NCBI GenBank assembly: GCA_963744145.1
Contig: CAVUSO010000001.1
Coordinates: 2,560,001 to 2,624,000, forward strand
Direction: 5' to 3'
Length of the DNA stretch: 64,000 bases
Source of the DNA: an uncultured cyanobacterium
Lineage (GTDB): Bacteria; Cyanobacteriota; Cyanobacteriia; Cyanobacteriales; CAWUOF01
This document shows positions 50,025 through 58,754 of this stretch, in pieces. The first letter of the stretch is position 1. Each line of letters starts with the position of its first letter. The notes under the pieces were generated by a model that saw only the letters and a list, made by a program, of their open reading frames with translations, had not been told where the DNA came from and did no database searches. The position numbers were made by a program, and so were the translations under genes.

Positions 50025-50612
50025 TTAGAATACCTTACTCAACACAAACACACTATCTTTATTTCCACGACCAATGCGTAGATCTTCATCTAAATAAGTT
50101 AGCTCTAACCAACCTTGTTGGTCACGAGTCTCAATATTAAAATCAACTGCAAGAAACTTTTTACCTGTTTCAATTTCCTGAATATAATCGCTGGGAAAGC
50201 GATAACCAATTAAACGCTGTAGTCCGATAATAAATCTTTCAAATTTTACTTCTACTCGCTGCTGAGAAGATGGCTCAAATCTAGCAACAACACTCACTAT
50301 TCCCTCTAAATAGGGTAATCCATAAATTTCTGCAATATTGTAGATTTTGGCTTCCTTAGCCCGAATATATTGATAGATTTGTCCAAGTTTTAATAAAGGG
50401 AGGCGATCAATCCCTAGTAATTCATCACTGGTAGTATACAATAGTCGCCAATTACCATCAAGTAACTCGGTTGCTTCCACTGGTCGGGGAGTAGGATTGC
50501 GGTCTTCTAACTGAGCGATCGCAGCTAAAATTGCTAATTTATCAGTTTCAGTGGCCAATAAACCCCGATTTTTACCAGCGATCGCTTCCAACAATGTAGT
50601 TTTTCCTAGCAT
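50025..50612 (-). CDS. PAP/fibrillin family protein
   Basis: NRGL...LEDRNPTP...LLDGNWRLLYTT...GWLELTYLDEDLRIGRGNKDSVFVL. Confidence 0.93.
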   Translation of the reverse strand: MLGKTTLLEAIAGKNRGLLATETDKLAILAAIAQLEDRNPTPRPVEATELLDGNWRLLYTTSDELLGIDRLPLLKLGQIYQYIRAKEAKIYNIAEIYGLPYLEGIVSVVARFEPSSQQRVEVKFERFIIGLQRLIGYRFPSDYIQEIETGKKFLAVDFNIETRDQQGWLELTYLDEDLRIGRGNKDSVFVLSKVF

Positions 50613-50936
50613 AATAAATATACCTCTCTTTCTATCTTTAATAGTTTACATTTTTTTATCTAAATCATCCAGTGGTAATTGCTAGCAAAAATCCCCAGCA
50701 ATTACTCAAATGGATCTGGGGCGATCGCACCTTCGGAGAAAATGAGGATGTTGATCCCAGTCTCGGATTGGCCAGTAGATTTTGAGTTCCGTGCTATGGC
50801 ATTATTAAAAGTAGCTCAGTACCGCGAGGCTTGATAAATTACGATCCGAAGTAGATTTTGAATTCAGTTGATGCTAGAATCGCAGTAATTATGTCTAATC
50901 ATCATTCTACATCCATGAATTTGAGTTCAGGTAATT

Positions 50937-51587
50937 ATGTATCATCAGATTGGACTTTGGGATAATCAGCTAGATAGCAGTCATCTATTTCTCGAAAATA
51001 ACCTGCAAAACAAAGTAGTTATTAATACTGATGGAGATGCTATACTATATCCCTTTTTTTTTAGCATTAAAGAAAGTAATCGTCTTTTTTCAGATTTATA
51101 TTCTAGTGTTAAATGGAGACAAGACACAATCCAATTTTTTGGAAAAAAGATGCCTTTACCGAGACTTACTGCTTGGTATGGAGATGAAGGTAAATCATAT
51201 ACTTATTCGGGTATAGAACAGCATCCTGAAGCTTGGAATCCCGTACTAAAATCAATCAAATCAAAAATTGAAGAAATATCAGAAGTTACTTTTAATAGTG
51301 TTCTGATCAACCTATATCGGGATGGTAAAGATAGCGTTTCATGGCATAGTGATGATGAGCCAGAACTAGGAGAAAATCCGATTATAGCCTCAGTTAGCTT
51401 TGGCGCAAGTCGCCGATTTTCATTAAAGCATAAAATATCAAAAGACCACAAAATTGATATTGATTTGCCCAATGGTAGTTTGCTATTGATGAAAGGTCAA
51501 ATGCAGCACTTTTGGCAACATCAAATTGCTAAAACTTCTAAATCGGTTGCTCCCAGAATCAATTTAACTTTTAGAGTGATTAAATAA
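50937..51587 (+). CDS. AlkB-family 2OG-Fe(II) dioxygenase (ALKBH2/3-like)
   Basis: PRLTAWYG, FNSVLINLYRDGKDSVSWHSDDE, ASVSFG, WQHQI, RINLTFR. Confidence 0.92.
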   Translation: MYHQIGLWDNQLDSSHLFLENNLQNKVVINTDGDAILYPFFFSIKESNRLFSDLYSSVKWRQDTIQFFGKKMPLPRLTAWYGDEGKSYTYSGIEQHPEAWNPVLKSIKSKIEEISEVTFNSVLINLYRDGKDSVSWHSDDEPELGENPIIASVSFGASRRFSLKHKISKDHKIDIDLPNGSLLLMKGQMQHFWQHQIAKTSKSVAPRINLTFRVIK

Positions 51588-51627
51588 GAGAAGCTAAAAA
51601 CTAATGGAAAACCTATACGACTATATT

Positions 51628-51749
51628 AGACCTCTTGCAAAAGTCCTTATTCATCTATTTATTGACAGGCAAGATGCCTGTCCCACCAGAAAAAATCACT
51701 TTTGTGGGACAGGCATCTTGCCTGTCCTATTTATTTTTGCAAGAGGTCT
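51628..51749. mobile_element. ~122-bp MITE, copy 2, with ATT target-site duplication
   Basis: Perfect TIR AGACCTCTTGCAAAA/TTTTGCAAGAGGTCT; ATT on both sides (51625-27, 51750-52). Confidence 0.82.
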
Positions 51750-51851
51750 ATTTTAGAAGGAATCAAAACCTCTCCAGCTTTTTATGGTGCTGAAACCTAT
51801 GCCATAATTGACTAGAGAAAAAATAAACGATTAAATATAAAAACTGACCTG

Positions 51852-52086
51852 ATGAATTTAACGATCGGCTTGCTTATCCGCATTACCCAAACTCCTGGTC
51901 CAATGTGGTGGTCGTCCCTGTATTCGAGGGATGCGAATTCGAGTCACCGATATTTTAGAAATGTTGGCTGAAAACGTTAGCGTTACTGAAATTTTAGCAG
52001 ACTTCCCCGATTTGGAACTGGCAGATATTCAAGCTTGTGTACTGTTCGCAGCAAAGCGCACTGATTTTCCTAGACTCACAGCATGA
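51852..52086 (+). pseudogene. DUF433 antitoxin, +1 frameshift
   Basis: MNLTIGLLIRITQTPG [extra C at ~51900] QCGGRPCIRGMRIRVTDILEMLAENVSVTEILADFPDLELADIQACVLFAAKRTDFPRLTA*. Confidence 0.85.
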
Positions 52087-52342
52087 AGAGCAGATATTTT
52101 TTGACCAGTTGCAGGTAGATGTGGTTGACGGAGTTATTGAAAATATTTGTGGGTGGCAGTTGACAGGGCAGAAAAATATATGATACCATAACGTAATTTG
52201 AATATTTTTTTACACAAATAATGGTCAAAACCCAGTTAGCTAGTTGTTTGTCCCTATGTCATAATTAGTAAATAAGCCCGTGTTGAGTTGCGTTTCCTCA
52301 GCCCAACTTAGAAAATCTACAATCACACTAAGCGATAAGGTA

Positions 52343-52645
52343 ATGGATTCAGAAAAAGACGATAAAAAACTAACTATAACAGAGATGATCAAATCTGGTC
52401 AATTACAAAGTATCTATTTTAACGAGTTTGGTATTGGAGTTTCTAAGCATGATATTTTCATATTATTAAGACGTAATGGAAAAGAAGAAGCAATACTCAA
52501 CGCATCTCACATTACAGCTAAATCACTTGTAAGTTCTCTAGGTGAGGCTCTGAGAAGATTTGAAACTAAAACAAATCAAACCATACCGGATTCAGATGAA
52601 ATTGAAAAATTAATGGCGGAGCAAGATGAGGACAATGAGCAATGA
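52343..52645 (+). CDS. Hypothetical protein, DUF3467-like
   Basis: IYFNEFGIGVSKHDIFILL...SHITAKSLVSSLGEALRRFE resembles DUF3467. Start moved to ATG 52343 because 52281-52310 is a REP-like palindrome. Confidence 0.55.
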   Translation: MDSEKDDKKLTITEMIKSGQLQSIYFNEFGIGVSKHDIFILLRRNGKEEAILNASHITAKSLVSSLGEALRRFETKTNQTIPDSDEIEKLMAEQDEDNEQ

Positions 52646-53228
52646 GCAGAAGGATAAATCTTCTTCTTTTTTTTACGATTTTAAATTGAAGACAATAGAT
52701 AAAAGTCGGTTTTATATTCCAGAAAAAAGCCCTCCATTTGTTTATATGGAATCCAAGTCGAAAAATCTCGAAATACCAAGAAATAAATCAAGTAAAAGAG
52801 ATGAAATAGATAAATTATCGACATTTGAAGAAATACTTAAATATGGAATTGATGCTATTAAGTTGAAGGATGATTATTTTTTCAACCGGATTTGTGAATT
52901 AAAAGAATTATGCGATTCAGAAGAAGACTATGATGTTTCTTTGGAATCGCTTAAAACCATGTTTTTATTTGTTGAAGCAATTGGAAGTATTTCTAAACCG
53001 AGTAGCTTAACTGTAAGTGAAAGTGGTCTTTTTTATTTAGAATGGGAGCGAGATAGAAACAATTCAATAACCGTGCGGTTCAAAAAAGATTATTTCTTAG
53101 ACTATGTTATTTTTAAGCCAAGTTTGCATATAAAGAAACGAATTACCTTGAATGGTTCAATGTATGCTCTTGATCTAATTGATTATCTGAGCGATTTAAA
53201 CATAAAATATATCAAAAAATATAAATAA
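52626..53228 (+). CDS. Hypothetical protein (candidate antitoxin/immunity)
   Basis: Overlaps the upstream gene; C-terminal SLESLKTMFLF..KP..LTVSESGLFYLEW..SITVRF..YV domain; no catalytic motif recognised. Confidence 0.6.
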   Translation: MRTMSNEQKDKSSSFFYDFKLKTIDKSRFYIPEKSPPFVYMESKSKNLEIPRNKSSKRDEIDKLSTFEEILKYGIDAIKLKDDYFFNRICELKELCDSEEDYDVSLESLKTMFLFVEAIGSISKPSSLTVSESGLFYLEWERDRNNSITVRFKKDYFLDYVIFKPSLHIKKRITLNGSMYALDLIDYLSDLNIKYIKKYK

Positions 53229-53239
53229 GAAAAATCAAG

Positions 53240-53662
53240 ATGACAGAAATAGAAACTGGTAATGTTACTCGCTATTGTAAACCCTCAACTTTGGAAAATG
53301 GAATACCAAAGAGTTCTAGTTTTGAAAGACGAAGGGATGAAAAATATTTGTCGGTTTATTGGCTTGAATTCTTTGGTGAGGAAACAGAAGTAGAAAACAT
53401 TAAAGAAGTTAAAAGGTCTATGGAACAAAAAAGTTTTACTTGTAAACCTAATGGCTCTTTTGCTATTATTAATATCCAGCAATCAAAAGAATATATCTTT
53501 GAAAAATAATCATTATATATTTCCTATAGAGAACAGAACTTACCTCATTGTGGTATTTTCCATGAGTCTGACGATCTATTAATTGCCAAGTTGCTTGCTG
53601 AGTACGTTCAGAACAATTATCCCGTTAGAAATCTCGCCGATTCAACGATTTCACCCTCATAA
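53240..53662 (+). pseudogene. Putative ADP-ribosyltransferase-fold (RES/ART-like) toxin with in-frame TAA at codon 90
   Basis: VTRYCKP...SFERRRDEKYLSVYWLE...FAIINI...EK* then SLYISYREQNLPHCGIFHESDDLLIAKLLAE...; frame stays open for 50 codons after TAA 53507-09. Confidence 0.55.
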
Positions 53663-53699
53663 CCGTCTGAAAAATTGCCGATCTAAAAAGTAACTAATG

Positions 53700-53881
53700 C
53701 CTACTCTGGACAGCTAGTAACTATTTAATCTCATTATCGATCTGCTCAAGATATCGAAATCTTTGAAGCAGCACGAGTCGAAAATGCTGTGATTATGACC
53801 AAAAATAGTGACTTCATCGACTTGGTATGTCGTTTAGGATCACCTCCTCAAATTTTGGGGCTAACCTGGGGCATATTTTAG
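53700..53881 (+). pseudogene. DUF5615 PIN-like toxin remnant
   Basis: RSAQDIEIFEAARVENAVIMTKNSDFIDLVCRLGSPPQILGLTWG: internal part of the usual DUF433 partner; no start, truncated. Confidence 0.8.
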
Positions 53882-53949
53882 TAAGTTTCAAGGGCGATCG
53901 CACCTGGACTAATGCCAGATTTCTAAGCAAGAAATAGATCAGATCTTTA

Positions 53950-55269
53950 CTAACTTCTAACGCAAACAGCAGTTTCATAAAGACGTTTTCTTCCTCCCCT
54001 TTTTCTGAAAGAGATTATTCTTTCAACTTCAAAACCTTCATGCTTAAAAAGCTTACCCAAGATCGATTCAGTAAATATTTCTACCCCTGAAAGTCTAGAA
54101 TTTCCGAGAATATATGCACCTTGAAATCTAGTTGTATTAACTTCCTTAAGAGATTTTATGTGCTTCCACATATCAATAAAGTATTTGGTCGCATAATTAC
54201 ACATCAATACACTTTTATCTTGCAGTTTTTCGTAATAGCAAAGATATGATTTAATGTCAGGAGGAACTACAATCAATTCCTTCTCTAGAACAGAAGTAGC
54301 TCTACCCCAGGTTCCACCAATTGCCTGCAAATCAATCTCTGTAGCTTGTCTAACATGATCTAAAACTTCCATGAAGTGCAATTGTGGTCTAGTTTGATGA
54401 ACGTAACTATATCGATTTGGATAAGGAGGTGAAGTGATGACAAAATTAACAGGACAATTGATTTGTTTTTTCAAATTATCAGTTGAGTTTCCTAGTTGAA
54501 TTGAGCCAAGTTCTGAAAATGAGATTTCTGCAATATTTAGACTTATTAAATCATTGTAGATCACCCCTAAATTTTTGCTGACCTCGGCAAAGACATCAAT
54601 TTTTCTTTGATGATTGTCATCAAAAGTAATTGTGGGATGATTCCTGTGAATATTTGCACAATCTAAACAGGCTTGATTTAAAGCAAGCCATAAATAATCT
54701 TTAACTGGATAATATGCTGATTTTAACATGATTTCACGAAAGATAATCAAATCTTTAAGTACATTTTTTTTCCACCATCTAAACACATTGTGAATAATGG
54801 GAATACTTGTATTGAAAGCTTCAATAACAGCTTCGAGAGAAAATTCTTTAAACTTCTCGATCAAACTACGTCCCTCTGTAAGATATTTCTCAAATAGATG
54901 AAGATTGTCTATATTCCATGTCAGAGATTTACAGCCAACTTGTTGTAATAAAGGGTTGATTTCAATTCCTAGAGCCTTTATTCCCTGTTTTTGGCATTCT
55001 ATAGATGTTGTCCCTCTCCCGCTAAATGGATCAACGACAAAATGTTCTCTAGTAATTTGCAATTCTTTAATCAAAAATCTTACTAAGCTTGGCGAGTAGC
55101 TTGGAGTAAGACGATACCATCTATGAACCGACTCAATCTGTCCTGCTTTGAAAGTAATATCTCCTAAATCTATTTCCTGATAATCAAAACCAGACTCTTG
55201 GATATTTCTCTGAAAACACCTCGGATTATCATTGAGATCTGATTCAAATAGTGATAATTGCTGAAACAT
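53950..55269 (-). CDS. Amino-DNA methyltransferase (motif I before motif IV; SPPY suggests N4-cytosine)
   Basis: VHRWY, VVDPFSGRGTT (motif I), GIEINP, VITSPPYPN (motif IV). Confidence 0.85.
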   Translation of the reverse strand: MFQQLSLFESDLNDNPRCFQRNIQESGFDYQEIDLGDITFKAGQIESVHRWYRLTPSYSPSLVRFLIKELQITREHFVVDPFSGRGTTSIECQKQGIKALGIEINPLLQQVGCKSLTWNIDNLHLFEKYLTEGRSLIEKFKEFSLEAVIEAFNTSIPIIHNVFRWWKKNVLKDLIIFREIMLKSAYYPVKDYLWLALNQACLDCANIHRNHPTITFDDNHQRKIDVFAEVSKNLGVIYNDLISLNIAEISFSELGSIQLGNSTDNLKKQINCPVNFVITSPPYPNRYSYVHQTRPQLHFMEVLDHVRQATEIDLQAIGGTWGRATSVLEKELIVVPPDIKSYLCYYEKLQDKSVLMCNYATKYFIDMWKHIKSLKEVNTTRFQGAYILGNSRLSGVEIFTESILGKLFKHEGFEVERIISFRKRGGRKRLYETAVCVRS

Positions 55270-55462
55270 AGATACTAGGACGACAAATTGCTATTTAAAA
55301 GTAGCATAATTTGCTTGGTTTGACAATCAGTTAATGGAATTTAACACCCAGTCTTTACCCTTTTCTGGGTTTGGTTGTGCGTCGGGATGGTTGGTATTGA
55401 CTCGGTTAGATGGTATTTTGATGCGATCGCGATCTAAAAACTAATTACAGTTAATTTAATCC

Positions 55463-55536
55463 GCGATCGCCCCATCTCCATGCTCAGAAAAGCCATCTTG
55501 ATTCTAACCCGATTACTCGATTAATCGCGATCGCCA
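55463..55536. repeat. 74-bp HIP1-bounded direct repeat, copy 1
   Basis: GCGATCGCCCCATCTCCATGCTCAG...AATCGCGATCGCCA; 72/74 identical to 56668-56741. Confidence 0.9.
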
Positions 55537-55617
55537 CTGAATCCCAAAAATCTACTTCTTTTTTTGGCGAAGGCTCCTTAAGGAGCTTTTGTTATTTGAG
55601 AGGGAGATGAAAAAGTT

Positions 55618-56565
55618 TCAGCTAGATTGTCTGCCAAACTGAGTTAACAACTCCTGATAAGACAAATTTAAAAGTAACTCAGTACGTTGTTTCACAGGAA
55701 GTAACATCAAAGAATCAACAATGGTAGATAATTCGGTGGTGATCGCCCCAAACCTAAATTCAAGCAGGTTTTCCACCATCAAACGCTGTCCTTGTAAACT
55801 TCCTTCTTGTATTCCTTCGCGCATTCCTTCGCGCATTCCTTCGCGCATTCCTTGAAGTAAAACATCTTCTCGCCAACGCAGATAAGCTGGTGATAAGTTC
55901 ATAATTAACTCCTGATCATCTTCAGTTAAATTTTCGCTTTGTTCTATATTCAATCGCCAGTTAGAAAGCATTTCTAGGATATTGGTTCGTAATGGTGACG
56001 AAAGAGGAAGTTCGACTACTTCCTGAATTGCCCCTTTTTGGGTTCCTTTCTTGCCCAAGACTCTTACCCAAAGAGTTGCTGGGGTTACGGGTAGTTTATT
56101 AATTGCGACCAAAGCAATTTTTTGCAACTTCGGCAGAAAATAAACACCTTGAGGCCAATCGCCATTCTCATCTAGTTTAGCACCAAATCCATTTAGTAAT
56201 GTAGCCGAAGCGGAGGGTGACAGTATCCATAAATGGGGTAAACTAGCTTCAGATAAAGAAATTCCTTCTCGTCTAGCTTGACGTTTGAGATGGTTGTGGG
56301 CAGAATTCAATTTGCTTTGGCAATCACGGATCTCAGCAGGTGTAGGTGAATTGCGAAAAGGTTCAAACAAACAAGTTTTTGTGGCCATCTGACCTAATAA
56401 ACCCAATATTTCCAGTTGTGCAGATGGTAACTGTGTTGGCTCAAACCAGACATCAATCAAACGAGCTTCTGAAGAGATTTCTCGGCTGGTTTCTACTTGA
56501 CCTAAAGGCGATAATAACTCTTCCAAATATTGTTTGGCAAATTGATCGTGAGGCTGTCGTGTCAT
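55618..56565 (-). CDS. Rpn/YhgA-like PD-(D/E)XK protein of the expanded cyanobacterial family (DUF4351-like tail)
   Basis: MTRQPHDQFAKQYLEELL, IDVWF, FEPFRN, TLWVRVLGK, GMRE x3 repeat then LLEFRFG. Confidence 0.75.
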   Translation of the reverse strand: MTRQPHDQFAKQYLEELLSPLGQVETSREISSEARLIDVWFEPTQLPSAQLEILGLLGQMATKTCLFEPFRNSPTPAEIRDCQSKLNSAHNHLKRQARREGISLSEASLPHLWILSPSASATLLNGFGAKLDENGDWPQGVYFLPKLQKIALVAINKLPVTPATLWVRVLGKKGTQKGAIQEVVELPLSSPLRTNILEMLSNWRLNIEQSENLTEDDQELIMNLSPAYLRWREDVLLQGMREGMREGMREGIQEGSLQGQRLMVENLLEFRFGAITTELSTIVDSLMLLPVKQRTELLLNLSYQELLTQFGRQSS

Positions 56566-56667
56566 TTACTTATTAAGACATCAAAAATATCATTATATCA
56601 TTGTTTAAGTATTGAAGCGTAAATGCCCTACACTTAACTGAACTGTATTGCTATATAAAGATCAACT

Positions 56668-56741
56668 GCGATCGCCCCATCTCCATGCTCAGAAAAGCCA
56701 TCTTGATTCTAACCCGATTACTCGAGCAATCGCGATCGCCA
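56668..56741. repeat. 74-bp HIP1-bounded direct repeat, copy 2
   Basis: Same orientation as 55463-55536; differs only at TT/GC. Confidence 0.9.
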
Positions 56742-56798
56742 ACCACATTAACAGCAGAGTGATCGCACTTGATCGGGCTTGACATGATTAGAAGGAAT

Positions 56799-57503
56799 TC
56801 AAAAGGGAAGTTCTTCCTCTTCTTGATCATTTTTTATTGGTAAATCCCGTAATTCGATCACAGCAGCGATTAGTTTCCAACAAGGATCGCCCTCTTTTTC
56901 CCAATCAGAGGGTCGCCAAGGCATACTTAAACTAACTGTTACTAAGCAAGGATGTTGAGGACGATATCCTAATTCTAAAATTCTCACAAATGCCGGATCG
57001 GTAATAGTGGCTGTCAATTTTTGATGTTGAGCTGTCTCTAGGGTAGCTTCCCATTTTTTACTATCTTCAAATCGCGCTCCTAGCGATCGCACTGATAATT
57101 TTACCGCTAAAATTAACTGAAGTGTATAACGCTGAGAAAAAGGTAATGACTGCATAAAATCTATAGTCACATACCGCTGCTCGTTATGAAGAATATATTT
57201 TTCCTGACTGCAAAATTTGAGCAAATCACTAGCAGATGCTCGTTTCAATCTGCGCCATTCTCCTGGTAAAATAGAAAGATTCTCGCATTCAAACCCGAAA
57301 TCAGGTCCGGTATGGGCTAAGGGAATTTCTAAAATGTCTAATAGTGCAGGTTCTAATCTGCTAATCTGTCTCATTTCTTTGGGAACTCTCCCATCAGGTA
57401 AGTCTGATACTGGACGAATCCATTGTCCAGTATTGGGATTAATTCCTGCAATGCACCGATCGCCACGTTTCCAAGAATTTGCTAAACAAATTATTCTAGT
57501 CAT
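56799..57503 (-). CDS. Dual OB-fold-containing protein
   Basis: MTRIICLANSWKRGDRCIAG...WIRPV...EN...ITDP...VTVSLSMPW...CWKLIAAVI; start at 57503 overlaps the upstream stop (ATGA). Confidence 0.75.
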   Translation of the reverse strand: MTRIICLANSWKRGDRCIAGINPNTGQWIRPVSDLPDGRVPKEMRQISRLEPALLDILEIPLAHTGPDFGFECENLSILPGEWRRLKRASASDLLKFCSQEKYILHNEQRYVTIDFMQSLPFSQRYTLQLILAVKLSVRSLGARFEDSKKWEATLETAQHQKLTATITDPAFVRILELGYRPQHPCLVTVSLSMPWRPSDWEKEGDPCWKLIAAVIELRDLPIKNDQEEEELPF

Positions 57504-57952
57504 AGATGGTTTATATTCATGTTTCCCCATTTGTTTTGCAGATATTCTGCTACTAAACGACGATGACAATGATGTGGTTTAGCTTCACTACAGAGCAGAC
57601 ATCCATCATTAAATATCTGAGGTGATATTTTTTGTTCAATCTCGCGATCGCTGATCAATTGCAAAAATTTTTTCTCATAATTATCCCAATCTCCACCATG
57701 CTTTTTATATTCATCTAAAATATCCTTAGTCGGTGCTAAGTCTAAAATATGAATATATTCAATCTGACCGATTTTGGTTAAGAAATACTCTAAATCTTTG
57801 CGTTTGGCAAATCCTGCTAATTGAGAAATATTATTGAGTCTAGTATCAATTACTCGTCGGACTCCAGCATTCACTAAGGTATCAAAAAATTCTTGGGCAG
57901 TTTTTTGGGTAAATCCGATCGTAAACAAATTGATTGGCTCATTCAGGTGCAT
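57500..57952 (-). CDS. DUF488 family protein (short form)
   Basis: LFTIGF, VIDTRL, LLCSEAKPHHCHRRLVAEYL. Confidence 0.88.
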   Translation of the reverse strand: MHLNEPINLFTIGFTQKTAQEFFDTLVNAGVRRVIDTRLNNISQLAGFAKRKDLEYFLTKIGQIEYIHILDLAPTKDILDEYKKHGGDWDNYEKKFLQLISDREIEQKISPQIFNDGCLLCSEAKPHHCHRRLVAEYLQNKWGNMNINHL

Positions 57953-58571
57953 GGTTAGGTTTCTCCGATTTTACATAAGCAATCTCTAATCCTTGTTTAT
58001 CATAAGCTGTTTCTAAATCTATTTCTACTAACTCAGGTGAGGTAAATAAGTTTAACTGAATTGGTTGATTTAAGTCATTTTTATTAAACTTTGCTAATAA
58101 CCTTTTTTCTAATTGAGCGTGGGATTCCAATTCTCCATCTGGTAAAATATGATAAATTGAGACTTGCTCTTTTTTTTGTAACTCTCGACCAATTAAAATT
58201 GTCCGGTGACAGGTAAGCGGATCTTTTTCTGCACACATTAAAGCAATTTTATAAGCTGCTAAACCTTTAAGTACCCGCTCAATTCCTTGGGAAAATAATT
58301 CAGTAGCTGCAATTCTTTCATAAAGGGCTTTACCAGTAAAATCATAACAACTTTCTGCTTCTGGTCTTGCTCCTAATTCTCGACCGAGAAAAACATACTG
58401 AATCCCTGCACTTACCAGAGCTGTTTTACAATTAGCTTGGTTAAAATGGGTGAGATAACGACTATATGGATGCGATCGCACATCAGCGATCGCTGTAATT
58501 TGATGTTGGTGTAGTAAGGAAATAAAATCTGCCATACTCAGATTAGAATGTCCGATCGTAAATAGTTCCAT
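57939..58571 (-). CDS. DUF488 family protein (long form)
   Basis: MELFTIGHSN, ADVRSHPYSR, ELGARP, LMCAEKDPLTCHR; ATG 58571 chosen as start. Confidence 0.88.
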   Translation of the reverse strand: MELFTIGHSNLSMADFISLLHQHQITAIADVRSHPYSRYLTHFNQANCKTALVSAGIQYVFLGRELGARPEAESCYDFTGKALYERIAATELFSQGIERVLKGLAAYKIALMCAEKDPLTCHRTILIGRELQKKEQVSIYHILPDGELESHAQLEKRLLAKFNKNDLNQPIQLNLFTSPELVEIDLETAYDKQGLEIAYVKSEKPNHAPE

Positions 58572-58754
58572 AAGCCAATTAAACGAAAAATCGGTATTAC
58601 TACCGATCACAAAATTTCGATCAAATCTTAATTTTGATTTTTAGCTATTTTCCTCAACCTTGACAGTGATACAAAACACAAATTTTTAACAGATTGGTCA
58701 CAAAACTTTTTTAATATTTCCTAGTTAACGATCGCGCTAATTTTAATTTCTGAT

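Noticed and set aside
52280..52342. GTG-start N-terminal extension of the first cassette gene
   Set aside because: Overlaps a REP-like palindrome (GTTGAGTTG...CAGCCCAAC); ATG 52343 with an upstream AAGG is more plausible.
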